Positions 9,325-20,087 of a stretch of DNA of 64,000 nt are shown piece after piece; the first letter of the stretch is position 1; each line of letters opens with the position of its first letter. The stretch is from a virus. The notes beneath the pieces were generated by a model. That model was not told the origin of the DNA, searched no databases, and was given only the letters and a program-made list of their open reading frames with translations. The stretch lies in IMG/VR virus record IMGVR_UViG_3300044859_001080, positions 1 to 64,000 of that record. One strand, given 5' to 3'. A program made the position numbers and the translations under genes.

Positions 9325-12300
9325 ATGCAAAATACATATAGAATAAAAACCAATATTGGACAAGATAATTTTGTTAATTTTCAGTTAGACCAAAATATTG
9401 AATTTCTTGAAATTTTATCATTTAAAGTTAGACAATCTGATATCTATACATTGGATTGTGCCAATTATGGGGTTGTTGCAGGTAGGATTACAGCAAATAA
9501 TGGTTTTGGATTGGCAAATGCTAGGGTATCAGTATTTATTCCACTATCAACAGAGGATGAAGATAATGCATTAATCAACTCAATTTACCCATATAAATCT
9601 ATTGGTGATAAAAATGAGGAGGGATATAGATATAATTTATTACCATATGAACCATCTTATGAAGGTCATGTTGCCACAGGTAATTTTCCATCATTGAATG
9701 ATGTTTTGGCAAAAAACCAATATATTGAAGTTTATGAGAAATATTATAAATTCACTGTAAAGACAAATGATAGTGGTGATTATATGATATTTGGAGTTCC
9801 AATTGGGGGACATACAGTTTTTATGGATTTGGATTTATCTGACATTGGGGCATTTTCATTAACTCCCCAAGATTTGATAAGGATGGGCAGAGCAGCAGAG
9901 GGTCAATTTAAGGGAAATTCATTTCAAGCATCAACAGATTTGGAATCATTGCCACAAATTGTTTCATTATCTAAAGGGATAGAAGTTTCACCATTCTGGG
10001 GGGATCCAGAAACTTGTGATTCAACAATTAATAGAGTTGATTTTGATTTAAGAACAGATGCTAGTATTGATATTCAACCAACATCAATCTTTATTGGGTC
10101 AATATTTGGAACAAATAACATAGATAGCGTTAAACTTAATTGTGGGGTTAAAGAATCTTTGGGGAATTTATGTTTGCTTGAAACTGGTCCAGGACTAATT
10201 CAATCAATTAGACAAACAAAAAGTATTGATTCAGATGGTTTGCCCATTCTTGAATTTTATGAATTGGATAATGGGGGTAGAGTTATTGATGGGGATGGTA
10301 CTTGGGTTGTTGAAATGCCAATGAATTTGGATTATATCATAACTGATGAGAATGGAAATTTGCAAATAACAGAAGATGAAACAATAGGTATTCCAACAAG
10401 GGGAAAATATAGATTTAACATAAAATGGGAAGATTCTATTAGTTTAACAAACACAACAAGAAAAGCCAATTTTTTGGTGCCAAATATTAAAGAATATGGG
10501 TGGACAGAAGGGGGTGGTAATCCATCAAGTTCTGGGAGTAATGATGAAGCCAAAAAGGCACAAAGTGGTTCATATTATTTTGGACTTGATTGGAAAAAAT
10601 ATACAAACAAGATTGCTGCAATTAATTGTGAAGATACATTTTATGAATTTGAATATAATAAAGTATATACTGTTTCTGGATTGGTTGATCAATATCAGGG
10701 TGGGACAAATAAAGGCAAATTTATTGGAATTAAAGAAATTGGGGATAGAAGTTGTGAGCAAGTAATAAATAAATACCCAGTTAATGATGGTGTGAAAAAC
10801 TTTGATTTGTTTTATTACTTATTTTCAATAATATTGCAAATTATTCAGTTTATTAATATTCCATTAATATTTGGATATCATTTGATTTCTTTTTTGTGGA
10901 ATTTTATGGCTGTAATATTATTACCAGCAATAATTGTACTTTTGGGTTTTTTCATTAAAAATTATATATCTAATGTAATTAAAAATTATGCAATATCTGT
11001 TGCTTTATTTTCAGCAGGGATTATACCAACATTACCAACATTTGCATCATTTTTATTATTCCAAATTAGTAAAGATTTATTACTATTAGGCCCAATTTTA
11101 TTTTTACTTGTTTATTTGACAATTAATTTTAAAAAAATAGTTAAGAAAAAATTAAAATTAATTCATTTGCCAAATATAACTTACCCAAATTGTGAGTTTT
11201 GCATTTGTGATATGGAAGAAGTTGATGTTGATTTAGGTAGTGGAATACAAAACAATGGAGTATTATCTCAGGTATCCAATTATACATTATATTATGATAA
11301 GTTATCACAAAATTTTGATTGGAAATTAATGGGTAATATTATTGAGAATAATACTAGTGATAATATAAATTATAAAGATAGTTTTAATTATGAAGATGAT
11401 AAGCCATTATTATTATTTACTATTGCTCAATCAATTGGGGGTAGGACAGACAACTCATCTGGAATAAATCCTAAAAAAATTGGTGAGACAGATATTAAAA
11501 TGCCTAGGTCAGATGAATTTCAATTAATACAAATTGATAAAAAAATTAGTATATATAGTGAAACATTGCCTATTGGTGAAAGAATTAATTATTTTAATTT
11601 AAGGGAGAATTATTTTTATGAAAAAAATAAGGTTAAAGTTACTTTTGCTAATGATATTATTGAAAATAGAAATAAATTTCATTATGACAATGTAATTGTT
11701 TTATTATCTGAAGCCTATTTTGATTCTGGGGATATATTAAGTTTTGTTAATAATTCATTATCAAAAGATCCTAATTTTTTGGTCACCGGAACAACAATTG
11801 AAGGTGAGATTATATATGGAGTTAATGGAACAACTAAAATAACAAATACAAATAACATTATAAATGTTAAATATGCAAATACTCAAGATACAGAAGGTAG
11901 TCAAACATATAAATTACCATTTATAACAGGAGCAACAAGCACATCGTATTATGCTTCGGATATTGAGTATTTCCAAGTTATTACTGGTATAACATATTCA
12001 GATTATATAAAATTATCAGATACAAATACTAAAGGTTATTTACCTAGTGTTTTAACTTCACCTGCTGTACTTAGAGTTAAAATTGGTGGTCAAGGTACAC
12101 CCGGGGATGAGTTGGTGGTAGATAACCCAATCCAATATTTCAATGGTATTGAAAATCAATATGTTTTAATATTACAAAGAGGAGTTGATCCATATTCTCC
12201 AGAATATGATAATAAGTATGATTTGAGTAAAATATTTGGATATGAATTTGGCAATATAATTATAAATAGTGCTACCAAATTAAATATACCAATTCAAAAG

Positions 12301-14427
12301 TTGAATGAATATGCTGGCAATATTAGGCTTTTAGGTAAAGGAGGTAACTCATCAGACTTTATAACAACACAAACATTAACAAATCAAGAAGATATTTTCT
12401 TTGAATCTTACAGTTTTCAACCAGGAATTGAATTTAGACCATATGAATCAGATTCTGTTTCATATTATTCTGGTATATTTGGTCGTAATTCACCAATAAC
12501 TAAACCTTTTATTATTAAATTAGGCCTTATTCCTACATTAATTAAGTATATAAAAAATTGGGTAAGTGCTGAACCTATTGATTCTGATAATAATTTTTTT
12601 ATTGTCAATAGTGAACGTGCGGGGAGGGAAAAGGATTATCCAAAGAAGACCCCTATCCAATGGATTGATTCAAAATATAGCAATTCAAAATTGGATTTTA
12701 ATGGTGGTACATATATGGTTGGTAAAGGTGATGTTGTGGCAAATAATAAATATGATATTAATCCATTTGAATTTGATAATTTCATGTTATACTATTCATA
12801 TAGTTCGCATTTAGAATTAAAGAATAGAAAGTTATCTCATTCTAATAGTAACAAAATTATTTTAAGAACAGATAGGCTACCAACATCAGATGGTTTAGAT
12901 GGTAAAAATTGGTATAGTAATGGGGTTGGTATATTACAACAAAATAACTCTTTTACAATATATAAATATCCTAAAAAATCAACAGGAGAAAATTCACCCT
13001 TATATATTAATGCTGGTTTTGATGCTGATATTTTGGCAAATGATTTAGAGGGGCTACCAGGGTATGCAAGTGTAAATACATCATTTAATTCTTGTAAAGA
13101 TTTAGTTCCCCTATCTTGTTATGAAAATAAAAATGATTCAGAAACATTATCTATAACTGAAAAATGTAAGTCAACTAAAAGACAATCTATATATATTAAG
13201 GATGGTTGTTACCAATTAGTTAGACGACCTATACTTGATTTATTGCCAGACATTGATGCATTCCGTGAATGGGCTTTTAGGTTTAAATTAAATTATGGTT
13301 TATGTAGAGGTATTGTATCAGAAACATTTGTTAATAACTGGGTTAATGGATCTTTGTTTATGCCATCATTTAAATCAAACACTATTGGTGCATATAGAAA
13401 TAATCCACAATATTGCAAGGATATTGTTTATTATGATAATACAACTTCAAACTTTTATTATAGAAGTTCCCCTTATTATAGTGGAACAACTATGGGGCAA
13501 TTTGTTGGCAACCAGAATAATTATATTGCAAACAAGTTAAATTATTATAATTTAATGTATCCAACAACCATAATTAATTTGGGTATTAAAAATAAGTTAT
13601 TAATTGGGTCAAGGGGATTTGATACTTATGGATATATGGTAAATCAAATAAATTATACAAGTTATTCAGATAATTCTGATTTAATTAACATGTTTGTTAT
13701 GAGTAGGGTTTTGGATTCTAGTATATTGAAAAATCTTAATAAGAATACTAATATAACAATAAATTCATTTTTTAGTAGAAATGGTAAAAAGGTAGATGGT
13801 GATTTGGCACAATTAATGTCTATTAATTCAGAATTTGGCGTTGTGAAGTTTTCATCAGAATTTTATTCTTTCACCAATAATAATTCACCATCTTTAATTT
13901 TTAGAGAAAAGGGTAGAAATTATATGGGGGTATTTTATTCATCATTGCAAGATGATTTAACCTATAAAGATTATATATCACCTGGTAGGATTGGTTTTAG
14001 AGATAGTATTACAAATTCATTAATCCCAAGATATTTTGATATTAGATCACAAGAGGTTCCATTTTATTCTTGGGAATTGGCAGAAAATTCTAATAGCATT
14101 TTTGGAACAGACAAGAATAATTGGGGAACACAAAAAGTTGATATTGTTGCAAAAAAGTATCAATCTCTTGAAAGAATTAAACCCAGAAATAATGATACAG
14201 CAAAGTTTAGTGAATATGATAGCACAGATTATTTTGTTTCAGACAATTCAGATATAGCATATAATTCACATAGGGGTTATATATATTCTGATATAAATGG
14301 TAAATATAATAAAACTAAACAAGAAAATACAAAATTTGTTGTTGGTGCACCATTTCATTTTTATTTTGGAATAAAGAAAGGATTTTCATCTTTGGATAAA
14401 TTTAAAACAAAATATTTGAATGAATAA
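9325..14427 (+). CDS. Large (1700 aa) putative baseplate/tail structural protein with internal hydrophobic block
   Basis: Long ORF in baseplate cluster; N-terminal GVVAGRI/ANARVSVF and TNDSGDYMIFGVP (carboxypeptidase-regulatory-like beta domain); TM-like segment near aa 495-600. Confidence 0.7.
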   Translation: MQNTYRIKTNIGQDNFVNFQLDQNIEFLEILSFKVRQSDIYTLDCANYGVVAGRITANNGFGLANARVSVFIPLSTEDEDNALINSIYPYKSIGDKNEEGYRYNLLPYEPSYEGHVATGNFPSLNDVLAKNQYIEVYEKYYKFTVKTNDSGDYMIFGVPIGGHTVFMDLDLSDIGAFSLTPQDLIRMGRAAEGQFKGNSFQASTDLESLPQIVSLSKGIEVSPFWGDPETCDSTINRVDFDLRTDASIDIQPTSIFIGSIFGTNNIDSVKLNCGVKESLGNLCLLETGPGLIQSIRQTKSIDSDGLPILEFYELDNGGRVIDGDGTWVVEMPMNLDYIITDENGNLQITEDETIGIPTRGKYRFNIKWEDSISLTNTTRKANFLVPNIKEYGWTEGGGNPSSSGSNDEAKKAQSGSYYFGLDWKKYTNKIAAINCEDTFYEFEYNKVYTVSGLVDQYQGGTNKGKFIGIKEIGDRSCEQVINKYPVNDGVKNFDLFYYLFSIILQIIQFINIPLIFGYHLISFLWNFMAVILLPAIIVLLGFFIKNYISNVIKNYAISVALFSAGIIPTLPTFASFLLFQISKDLLLLGPILFLLVYLTINFKKIVKKKLKLIHLPNITYPNCEFCICDMEEVDVDLGSGIQNNGVLSQVSNYTLYYDKLSQNFDWKLMGNIIENNTSDNINYKDSFNYEDDKPLLLFTIAQSIGGRTDNSSGINPKKIGETDIKMPRSDEFQLIQIDKKISIYSETLPIGERINYFNLRENYFYEKNKVKVTFANDIIENRNKFHYDNVIVLLSEAYFDSGDILSFVNNSLSKDPNFLVTGTTIEGEIIYGVNGTTKITNTNNIINVKYANTQDTEGSQTYKLPFITGATSTSYYASDIEYFQVITGITYSDYIKLSDTNTKGYLPSVLTSPAVLRVKIGGQGTPGDELVVDNPIQYFNGIENQYVLILQRGVDPYSPEYDNKYDLSKIFGYEFGNIIINSATKLNIPIQKLNEYAGNIRLLGKGGNSSDFITTQTLTNQEDIFFESYSFQPGIEFRPYESDSVSYYSGIFGRNSPITKPFIIKLGLIPTLIKYIKNWVSAEPIDSDNNFFIVNSERAGREKDYPKKTPIQWIDSKYSNSKLDFNGGTYMVGKGDVVANNKYDINPFEFDNFMLYYSYSSHLELKNRKLSHSNSNKIILRTDRLPTSDGLDGKNWYSNGVGILQQNNSFTIYKYPKKSTGENSPLYINAGFDADILANDLEGLPGYASVNTSFNSCKDLVPLSCYENKNDSETLSITEKCKSTKRQSIYIKDGCYQLVRRPILDLLPDIDAFREWAFRFKLNYGLCRGIVSETFVNNWVNGSLFMPSFKSNTIGAYRNNPQYCKDIVYYDNTTSNFYYRSSPYYSGTTMGQFVGNQNNYIANKLNYYNLMYPTTIINLGIKNKLLIGSRGFDTYGYMVNQINYTSYSDNSDLINMFVMSRVLDSSILKNLNKNTNITINSFFSRNGKKVDGDLAQLMSINSEFGVVKFSSEFYSFTNNNSPSLIFREKGRNYMGVFYSSLQDDLTYKDYISPGRIGFRDSITNSLIPRYFDIRSQEVPFYSWELAENSNSIFGTDKNNWGTQKVDIVAKKYQSLERIKPRNNDTAKFSEYDSTDYFVSDNSDIAYNSHRGYIYSDINGKYNKTKQENTKFVVGAPFHFYFGIKKGFSSLDKFKTKYLNE

Positions 14428-16081
14428 CTATATTATAGTACCAAGCATTTATAGAAATAAGATTGGGGATGAAATTGATTCACAAATATCAGTTGACCTT
14501 GTTAATTCATCCAAAGAATTAATTGAATTTGATAGAAGTGTTAACATAGATTTAAAGGAATTGTATGAGAAGGAGAAGAGTGCATCATTTAAGATACGAC
14601 CAGTTTATAACATAAGTTATTTATATAATAATATATATTCTGGAACAACAACAACCAAATATGAAGATGAATTAATTTATCCATTAAAATCTTCATTAAT
14701 CATTCAATCTAAAAATGTTAGAAAGGGGTTATTACAATCTTATGAGTTTGATTTTTTTAGACCAAAAACAACAACTGCTTTTGGTTTTGAAAGCATTAGT
14801 GCATTTACATATAATTGGAATTATTATTTAACTTATCCATCTTCTGAAGATAATAAAAAGATATTAAATATTGGTTTTAAGGGAAAAGATTTTGAATGGG
14901 TTGCTGGTGATGGCATTCCATTTGTTTCTGAAAATATAACAATTAATGGTTTTAATGTGACAAAAATTATTTGTGGATTAAATCATAATTTGAATTTAGG
15001 GGAGAGTGTGATGATTAAAATTGGTAATAATGAATCTTTGCATAATATATTATCATTTGGTGATGGTTCTTTTAATTCTGAAAAGACTATAATTAACATC
15101 ATTAACATTAATGATAAAATAAAAGGAAATGTATATGGAACATTAAGGCGTGTTACAAATAGTGCCAATAGCGGTGAAACCATTTCAAAATATTATATTA
15201 GAAAACACAAAGTTATAAAAGGGGGTGATAGAGTTGTTGCCACAAAAGCAGGATTTCAATCTGGTATTTATGATGGGATAGAAACATTAAGTTATGATGA
15301 TAATAATAATAAATTCCCAACAAAAAGAATAGGTTCAAATAAATCATATAATTTTACCATACAGGATGAAATTGATATTGAAGGAATTGTTGATAATAGA
15401 AACAGACCTTTAACTGAATTATATTTAACAATTTTATTTAAAGGGTATTCTGGGTTTTTTGCATCAAAAAATAAACCAATGAAACAAGGCTGGGATTTTA
15501 ATAGAAGTGAGTCAGTTAGTGATTGGTGGGATGATAGCAACACATTATCCAATAGCAATATTATGGCAATATCATATTCAGATGACGCAAAATCAAATTT
15601 TTATTATTACAATCCCCCCAATGAATTTGATGGTGATTTTTGTGAATATAATGAATATAATCAAGAGGAGATTGTTATTTCAGATTTTTATTATAAAATA
15701 AAACATAATGAAAGTGTTTTTAGGGTTGCTGGTTATGATAATAATAAGTCAGGATATTATTATAAGCCACATAATAGAATGACATTAAAGGTATTTTCAA
15801 ATTATGTTGAATCAGTTGGTTTAACATCAAAAGATAACATCCCAAGCTATGCATTCTATTCAAAATTTGATGCCCAATTTAGGTGGAGAGATATTTATAG
15901 TGTTGGTTTTTTTGATGAGAATTCAAATGGGGTTAATTACCCATATGTTAATGATACATTTTATCCATTTTCAGATGTAATATTCAAATTAATACCAGAT
16001 ACTTCTGGGTATGATTTTAATTCATTATTAAATGATGGGAGCGGTGTTGTTGTAAAACCTATTATTGATGAGTGTGAATAA
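14420..16081 (+). CDS. Putative structural protein
   Basis: 553 aa ORF overlapping both neighbours in the structural operon. Confidence 0.65.
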   Translation: MNNYIIVPSIYRNKIGDEIDSQISVDLVNSSKELIEFDRSVNIDLKELYEKEKSASFKIRPVYNISYLYNNIYSGTTTTKYEDELIYPLKSSLIIQSKNVRKGLLQSYEFDFFRPKTTTAFGFESISAFTYNWNYYLTYPSSEDNKKILNIGFKGKDFEWVAGDGIPFVSENITINGFNVTKIICGLNHNLNLGESVMIKIGNNESLHNILSFGDGSFNSEKTIINIININDKIKGNVYGTLRRVTNSANSGETISKYYIRKHKVIKGGDRVVATKAGFQSGIYDGIETLSYDDNNNKFPTKRIGSNKSYNFTIQDEIDIEGIVDNRNRPLTELYLTILFKGYSGFFASKNKPMKQGWDFNRSESVSDWWDDSNTLSNSNIMAISYSDDAKSNFYYYNPPNEFDGDFCEYNEYNQEEIVISDFYYKIKHNESVFRVAGYDNNKSGYYYKPHNRMTLKVFSNYVESVGLTSKDNIPSYAFYSKFDAQFRWRDIYSVGFFDENSNGVNYPYVNDTFYPFSDVIFKLIPDTSGYDFNSLLNDGSGVVVKPIIDECE

Positions 16082-16628
16082 ATATAAATTAAGATTACCA
16101 AATGTTAATGATTTAACCATAAGCATTCCTGTTAGTATTAATGTGGAAAATTTAGGTCAAGATGATGTTATTGAACAATATGAAGATACAATAATTAGCA
16201 ATGCAATAAATGATAAGATAGATTACGAGATAGTTAGATTTCAACATAAGGGATATTTTCCTCCAATTCCAGTGTCAGCATCGCCAACACCAACACCAAC
16301 CCCAACACCAACCCCAACTATGACCTCTACTGTAACACCAACCAATACGACAACACCAACATATACACCAACACCATCAGTTACACCAACTATACAACCA
16401 TCAGCATCTGCTACACCAACATTTACACCAACCCCATCAATAACACCAACTATAACACCAACAACTTCAATAACACCATCAATAACACCAACCATAACAC
16501 CAACAACTTCAATAACACCAACAAATACAACAACTCCAACAATGACGCCAACACCATCAGCAACGGAATTAAGATATTATTCATCAAATAATCTAATAGT
16601 ATTCAATCAAAATTGTAATTCAAATTAA
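16068..16628 (+). CDS. Putative structural protein with Pro/Thr-rich tract
   Basis: ~65 aa globular N-terminus followed by ~95 aa of [11 protein letters not shown] repeats. Confidence 0.65.
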   Translation: MSVNKYKLRLPNVNDLTISIPVSINVENLGQDDVIEQYEDTIISNAINDKIDYEIVRFQHKGYFPPIPVSASPTPTPTPTPTPTMTSTVTPTNTTTPTYTPTPSVTPTIQPSASATPTFTPTPSITPTITPTTSITPSITPTITPTTSITPTNTTTPTMTPTPSATELRYYSSNNLIVFNQNCNSN

Positions 16629-16629
16629 T

Positions 16630-17535
16630 ATGAGTGAATTTAACGTATATGCGCCAACACCTGGTAGTGGATGTTCAAGTTGGTTTAATCATGCAACTAG
16701 TGGTGATGCTTGTAATTCAATATTTTGCACAACAATACCAACAACTTGTGTGGGGGATTGTGATAAGTTATATGTGACAAACCAAAGAACTCCACAGAGA
16801 ATAGAGATTAATGATATTATTTACATTGGGACAGATACTGGTTATGAGATATTACCTGAAGGTTGGTATGTTAGCAGTACAAAGGGTACGGTATTCAATA
16901 TTAATTCAAGTGGTGTTTTGATAAGTGTCAATACTTGTTCTGGTACAACTTATGTTACAGATTTGGATGGGAATTATTATGGTACAGCTACCATTGGAAC
17001 ACAAACTTGGTTTACAGAAAATTTAAGAACAACAAGGTATAATAATGGTGCTGATATTCCAAATGTAACTAATAGTACAACTTGGAGTAATTTAACAATT
17101 GGTGCTTATTGTGCATATAATAATAATAATATTGATAATTGTTTTGGGTATTTGTATAATTTTTATGCAACAACTAATCTATGTCCAACCGAGTATAGAG
17201 TTCCCACATTGGCTGACTATGCAACTTTATCCACATATCTGGGGGGTAATAGTATTTCAGGTGGGAAGATGAAAACAGAAGGAGTTGTATGGTGGGATAG
17301 CCCAAATGATGGGGCAACAAATACTAGTGGATTTAGTGGTTATCCAGCAGGTAGAAGAGTGTATAATGGTAATTTTAATTTCTTTGGGGAAACGGGTACT
17401 TTTTGGACTAATACAACAACTGGATGTATTGTTAATTTTGCCAAAATAATTCAATTAAAATATAATAATAATAATTTGGATTTCCAATGTGATGATAAAA
17501 ACAATGGGTATTCGGTTAGATGTATAAAAAATTAA
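16630..17535 (+). CDS. FISUMP (Fibrobacter succinogenes major paralogous domain) protein
   Basis: DLDGNYY..IGTQTWFTENL, GYLYN, CPxxYRVPT, GFSGYPAG, GYSVRCIKN. Confidence 0.85.
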   Translation: MSEFNVYAPTPGSGCSSWFNHATSGDACNSIFCTTIPTTCVGDCDKLYVTNQRTPQRIEINDIIYIGTDTGYEILPEGWYVSSTKGTVFNINSSGVLISVNTCSGTTYVTDLDGNYYGTATIGTQTWFTENLRTTRYNNGADIPNVTNSTTWSNLTIGAYCAYNNNNIDNCFGYLYNFYATTNLCPTEYRVPTLADYATLSTYLGGNSISGGKMKTEGVVWWDSPNDGATNTSGFSGYPAGRRVYNGNFNFFGETGTFWTNTTTGCIVNFAKIIQLKYNNNNLDFQCDDKNNGYSVRCIKN

Positions 17536-17539
17536 TATA

Positions 17540-18130
17540 ATGGCAACAGATTATAGTTTAAATATAAAATTTAATTTTTTACAAGGAATTGATATTACCA
17601 ATAATATAAATTGGAAGACAACGTATTTGACCCCAAATAATGGATATATTGAAAATGATGTAAGATTTAATACAAATAGTTTTAATAATTCATTTTTCAA
17701 ATTAGATTATTATGACACCCCTTTTAGTAAATCGCAAAAATTATATTTTACAACTATATTACAAGCCAGCAATGGAATTCAATCAAATAATTTAATAATT
17801 CCAGAGTATTATTTGGATCACGACATTAATACAGAGGGTTTTTATATTTATTGGTTAAGGGATAAGACAATATTTAATCTTGATACTTTTTATGTTAGTG
17901 CAACATTTTTCAATGGTAAAACTGGAATGGTTAAAAGAATGTCAAATATTTGCCAAGGGGATTCAAATTTGAGTGATAGATATAATTTAAATGAAGTTTT
18001 TGATTTTCATTATAAATTAAAATTGGATTATGATAATAAGACATATGAATATTTTGATATTAAAAAAGATAATAGGATTGGTATTTCTGGATCACCAATT
18101 TTATGGTATGAATATATAAGCAGAAAATGA
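17540..18130 (+). CDS. Putative structural protein
   Basis: 196 aa aromatic-rich ORF (SFFKLDYYDT, EGFYIYWL) in operon. Confidence 0.65.
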   Translation: MATDYSLNIKFNFLQGIDITNNINWKTTYLTPNNGYIENDVRFNTNSFNNSFFKLDYYDTPFSKSQKLYFTTILQASNGIQSNNLIIPEYYLDHDINTEGFYIYWLRDKTIFNLDTFYVSATFFNGKTGMVKRMSNICQGDSNLSDRYNLNEVFDFHYKLKLDYDNKTYEYFDIKKDNRIGISGSPILWYEYISRK

Positions 18131-19158
18131 TATATAAAATTAAAATATCCCCTGAGTCGGTATCATCATTAATTAAATACTTTGATTATAGTGGTAAGAC
18201 AATTGGCGTTTATACTGGTATGACAAATATTTTATCAGGTGGGACAAATGGGGCATCAACATTAACAGGATTAACAATTCCTATTTTGTTAACGCAAGAT
18301 ATTGTTGATATGGGGTATTATTCAGAATTTGATGGTGCAATAACACAAAAAGATGTTGCAACAAACTTTGTATTTTCTGGGGAAAATGATAGTAGAATTT
18401 GTGTTTCAAATACCTCAATAGTTAAGACATCAACATTGGATTCTACTTATTTGATAGATTGGGGTGATGGGCAAATTGAACAAATGATATCTCCTAAATT
18501 GTGCCATACTTATACCAAATCAGATGGGGAATTTACTTTAACATTAACACAAAGAAATAATTTTGGTTCAAACATTGTCAGTAAGACAATAAAAAAACCA
18601 TTTAAATTAGCTACCATATCAAATCCATTTGGCACAACATCATATATACCAAATGCTGGTCCTTGGAAGAATACTAATATAAATTATGATTATATCTTCA
18701 CAGGGGATACTGGATTAAAAAAATATTCATACAATGATGTTAGTTCAGTTGATGTGTCTGGTTATACAAAATCAAGATTAAATGATTTGGCTATTTATGG
18801 TAAAGATGAATTTAAAGTTGGTAAGTTGGTAAATAAAAATGGTTTTGAGGGAAAATTAACAGAAATTAAAGAAACCATTTTCACAGCATATACCATTAGC
18901 AATATTGATTATATTGATTATCAAAATGGAATAACAATATTTAAAACAAATATTAAAAAAGAGCCAATATACCCAAGTCCAATTGTTAAAAATGATTTAT
19001 TAATGAAGAGCGTTTCTGATGTTCAAATTTTTTCAAATGTTTTTATTGAGAGGGGGAAAAATTCTGGATATGAAAGAGTTCAAAGACTTGGTGAGGTGAG
19101 AACTTTGTTAGATATGGAAAAATATGGATATGGATATTTTAATTTAACAAATAAATAA
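18127..19158 (+). CDS. Structural protein with PKD-like domain
   Basis: YLIDWGDG...HTY...FTLTLT PKD motif. Confidence 0.65.
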   Translation: MIYKIKISPESVSSLIKYFDYSGKTIGVYTGMTNILSGGTNGASTLTGLTIPILLTQDIVDMGYYSEFDGAITQKDVATNFVFSGENDSRICVSNTSIVKTSTLDSTYLIDWGDGQIEQMISPKLCHTYTKSDGEFTLTLTQRNNFGSNIVSKTIKKPFKLATISNPFGTTSYIPNAGPWKNTNINYDYIFTGDTGLKKYSYNDVSSVDVSGYTKSRLNDLAIYGKDEFKVGKLVNKNGFEGKLTEIKETIFTAYTISNIDYIDYQNGITIFKTNIKKEPIYPSPIVKNDLLMKSVSDVQIFSNVFIERGKNSGYERVQRLGEVRTLLDMEKYGYGYFNLTNK

Positions 19159-19167
19159 AGAATAAAC

Positions 19168-19175
19168 TATTTATA
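19168..19175 (+). promoter_or_regulatory. TATTTATA putative late promoter
   Basis: 18 nt upstream of ATG 19194. Confidence 0.6.
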
Positions 19176-19193
19176 TTAATATAAAAAAAAATT

Positions 19194-20087
19194 ATGGCAA
19201 TTGGTACATATGGCACGGTTAGACCTAGTGATGTAAATCCTGAAGATGTTGAGATTATAATGGTTTACTCCCCAACCAGGGATCAGAGTGAAACAATTGT
19301 GCAAAAAAAATTATCAGCAACTGATATTTTGACCCCTTATTTTGAGGATGCAAATAATGTTGAATTATTGGGGGGTTTATATAAGTTAACATTACCAGCA
19401 ACAGAATTTAATGCATTGGGTTATTATACTGTTTATTTAAGACCAGCACAAATTAGAACAAAAATTACTGATTGTGGGGTGTTAAGTGCTCTTCCTAATG
19501 TTAAGGGGATTGTTATCAATTTGGATAATGTTCCAGCAGACTTTAGAAATAAATTTGCATCACCCCAAGAGTTGGTTGGGTATCGTGTTGAATATTTAAA
19601 TAATAAACAAAAAGTTCCAAATTTCTTTAGAATAGTTACATCATCTTTTTTTTGTGAACCCATAGTGACAAATGAAGTAAATACTAGTGTAAAATCAATT
19701 AGATATAGATATGTTGATAATGACACTAATTTGGTGTTTTTAACATTATCACCAAGTAGTTCACCTTCAAACAAAACCAATGCAGTTCCATTTATTGGGC
19801 AGCCAAATCAAGAAATTATTATAACAAATAGTTATTTCAACCCCACAACGCTTGAAATTGAAATGGTTGAACATGATATATCCACATTGGCAATTGGTTT
19901 ATTTGGCAACCAAACTAAATCAGTTGAAGATGGTATCTATACTTTATATGATACAGCAAATAATATTTACAAACAATATAATTTATTTGAAGTTAGAAAC
20001 CAATTTACTAATTTATTATATGAAGTTAGACAAGATAGGGGGGATGATGTTGACATAAGTAAAAATTTAGATAATATACTAGAATAA
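19194..20087 (+). CDS. Putative virion structural protein
   Basis: 297 aa ORF with own upstream motif, in structural cluster. Confidence 0.65.
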   Translation: MAIGTYGTVRPSDVNPEDVEIIMVYSPTRDQSETIVQKKLSATDILTPYFEDANNVELLGGLYKLTLPATEFNALGYYTVYLRPAQIRTKITDCGVLSALPNVKGIVINLDNVPADFRNKFASPQELVGYRVEYLNNKQKVPNFFRIVTSSFFCEPIVTNEVNTSVKSIRYRYVDNDTNLVFLTLSPSSSPSNKTNAVPFIGQPNQEIIITNSYFNPTTLEIEMVEHDISTLAIGLFGNQTKSVEDGIYTLYDTANNIYKQYNLFEVRNQFTNLLYEVRQDRGDDVDISKNLDNILE

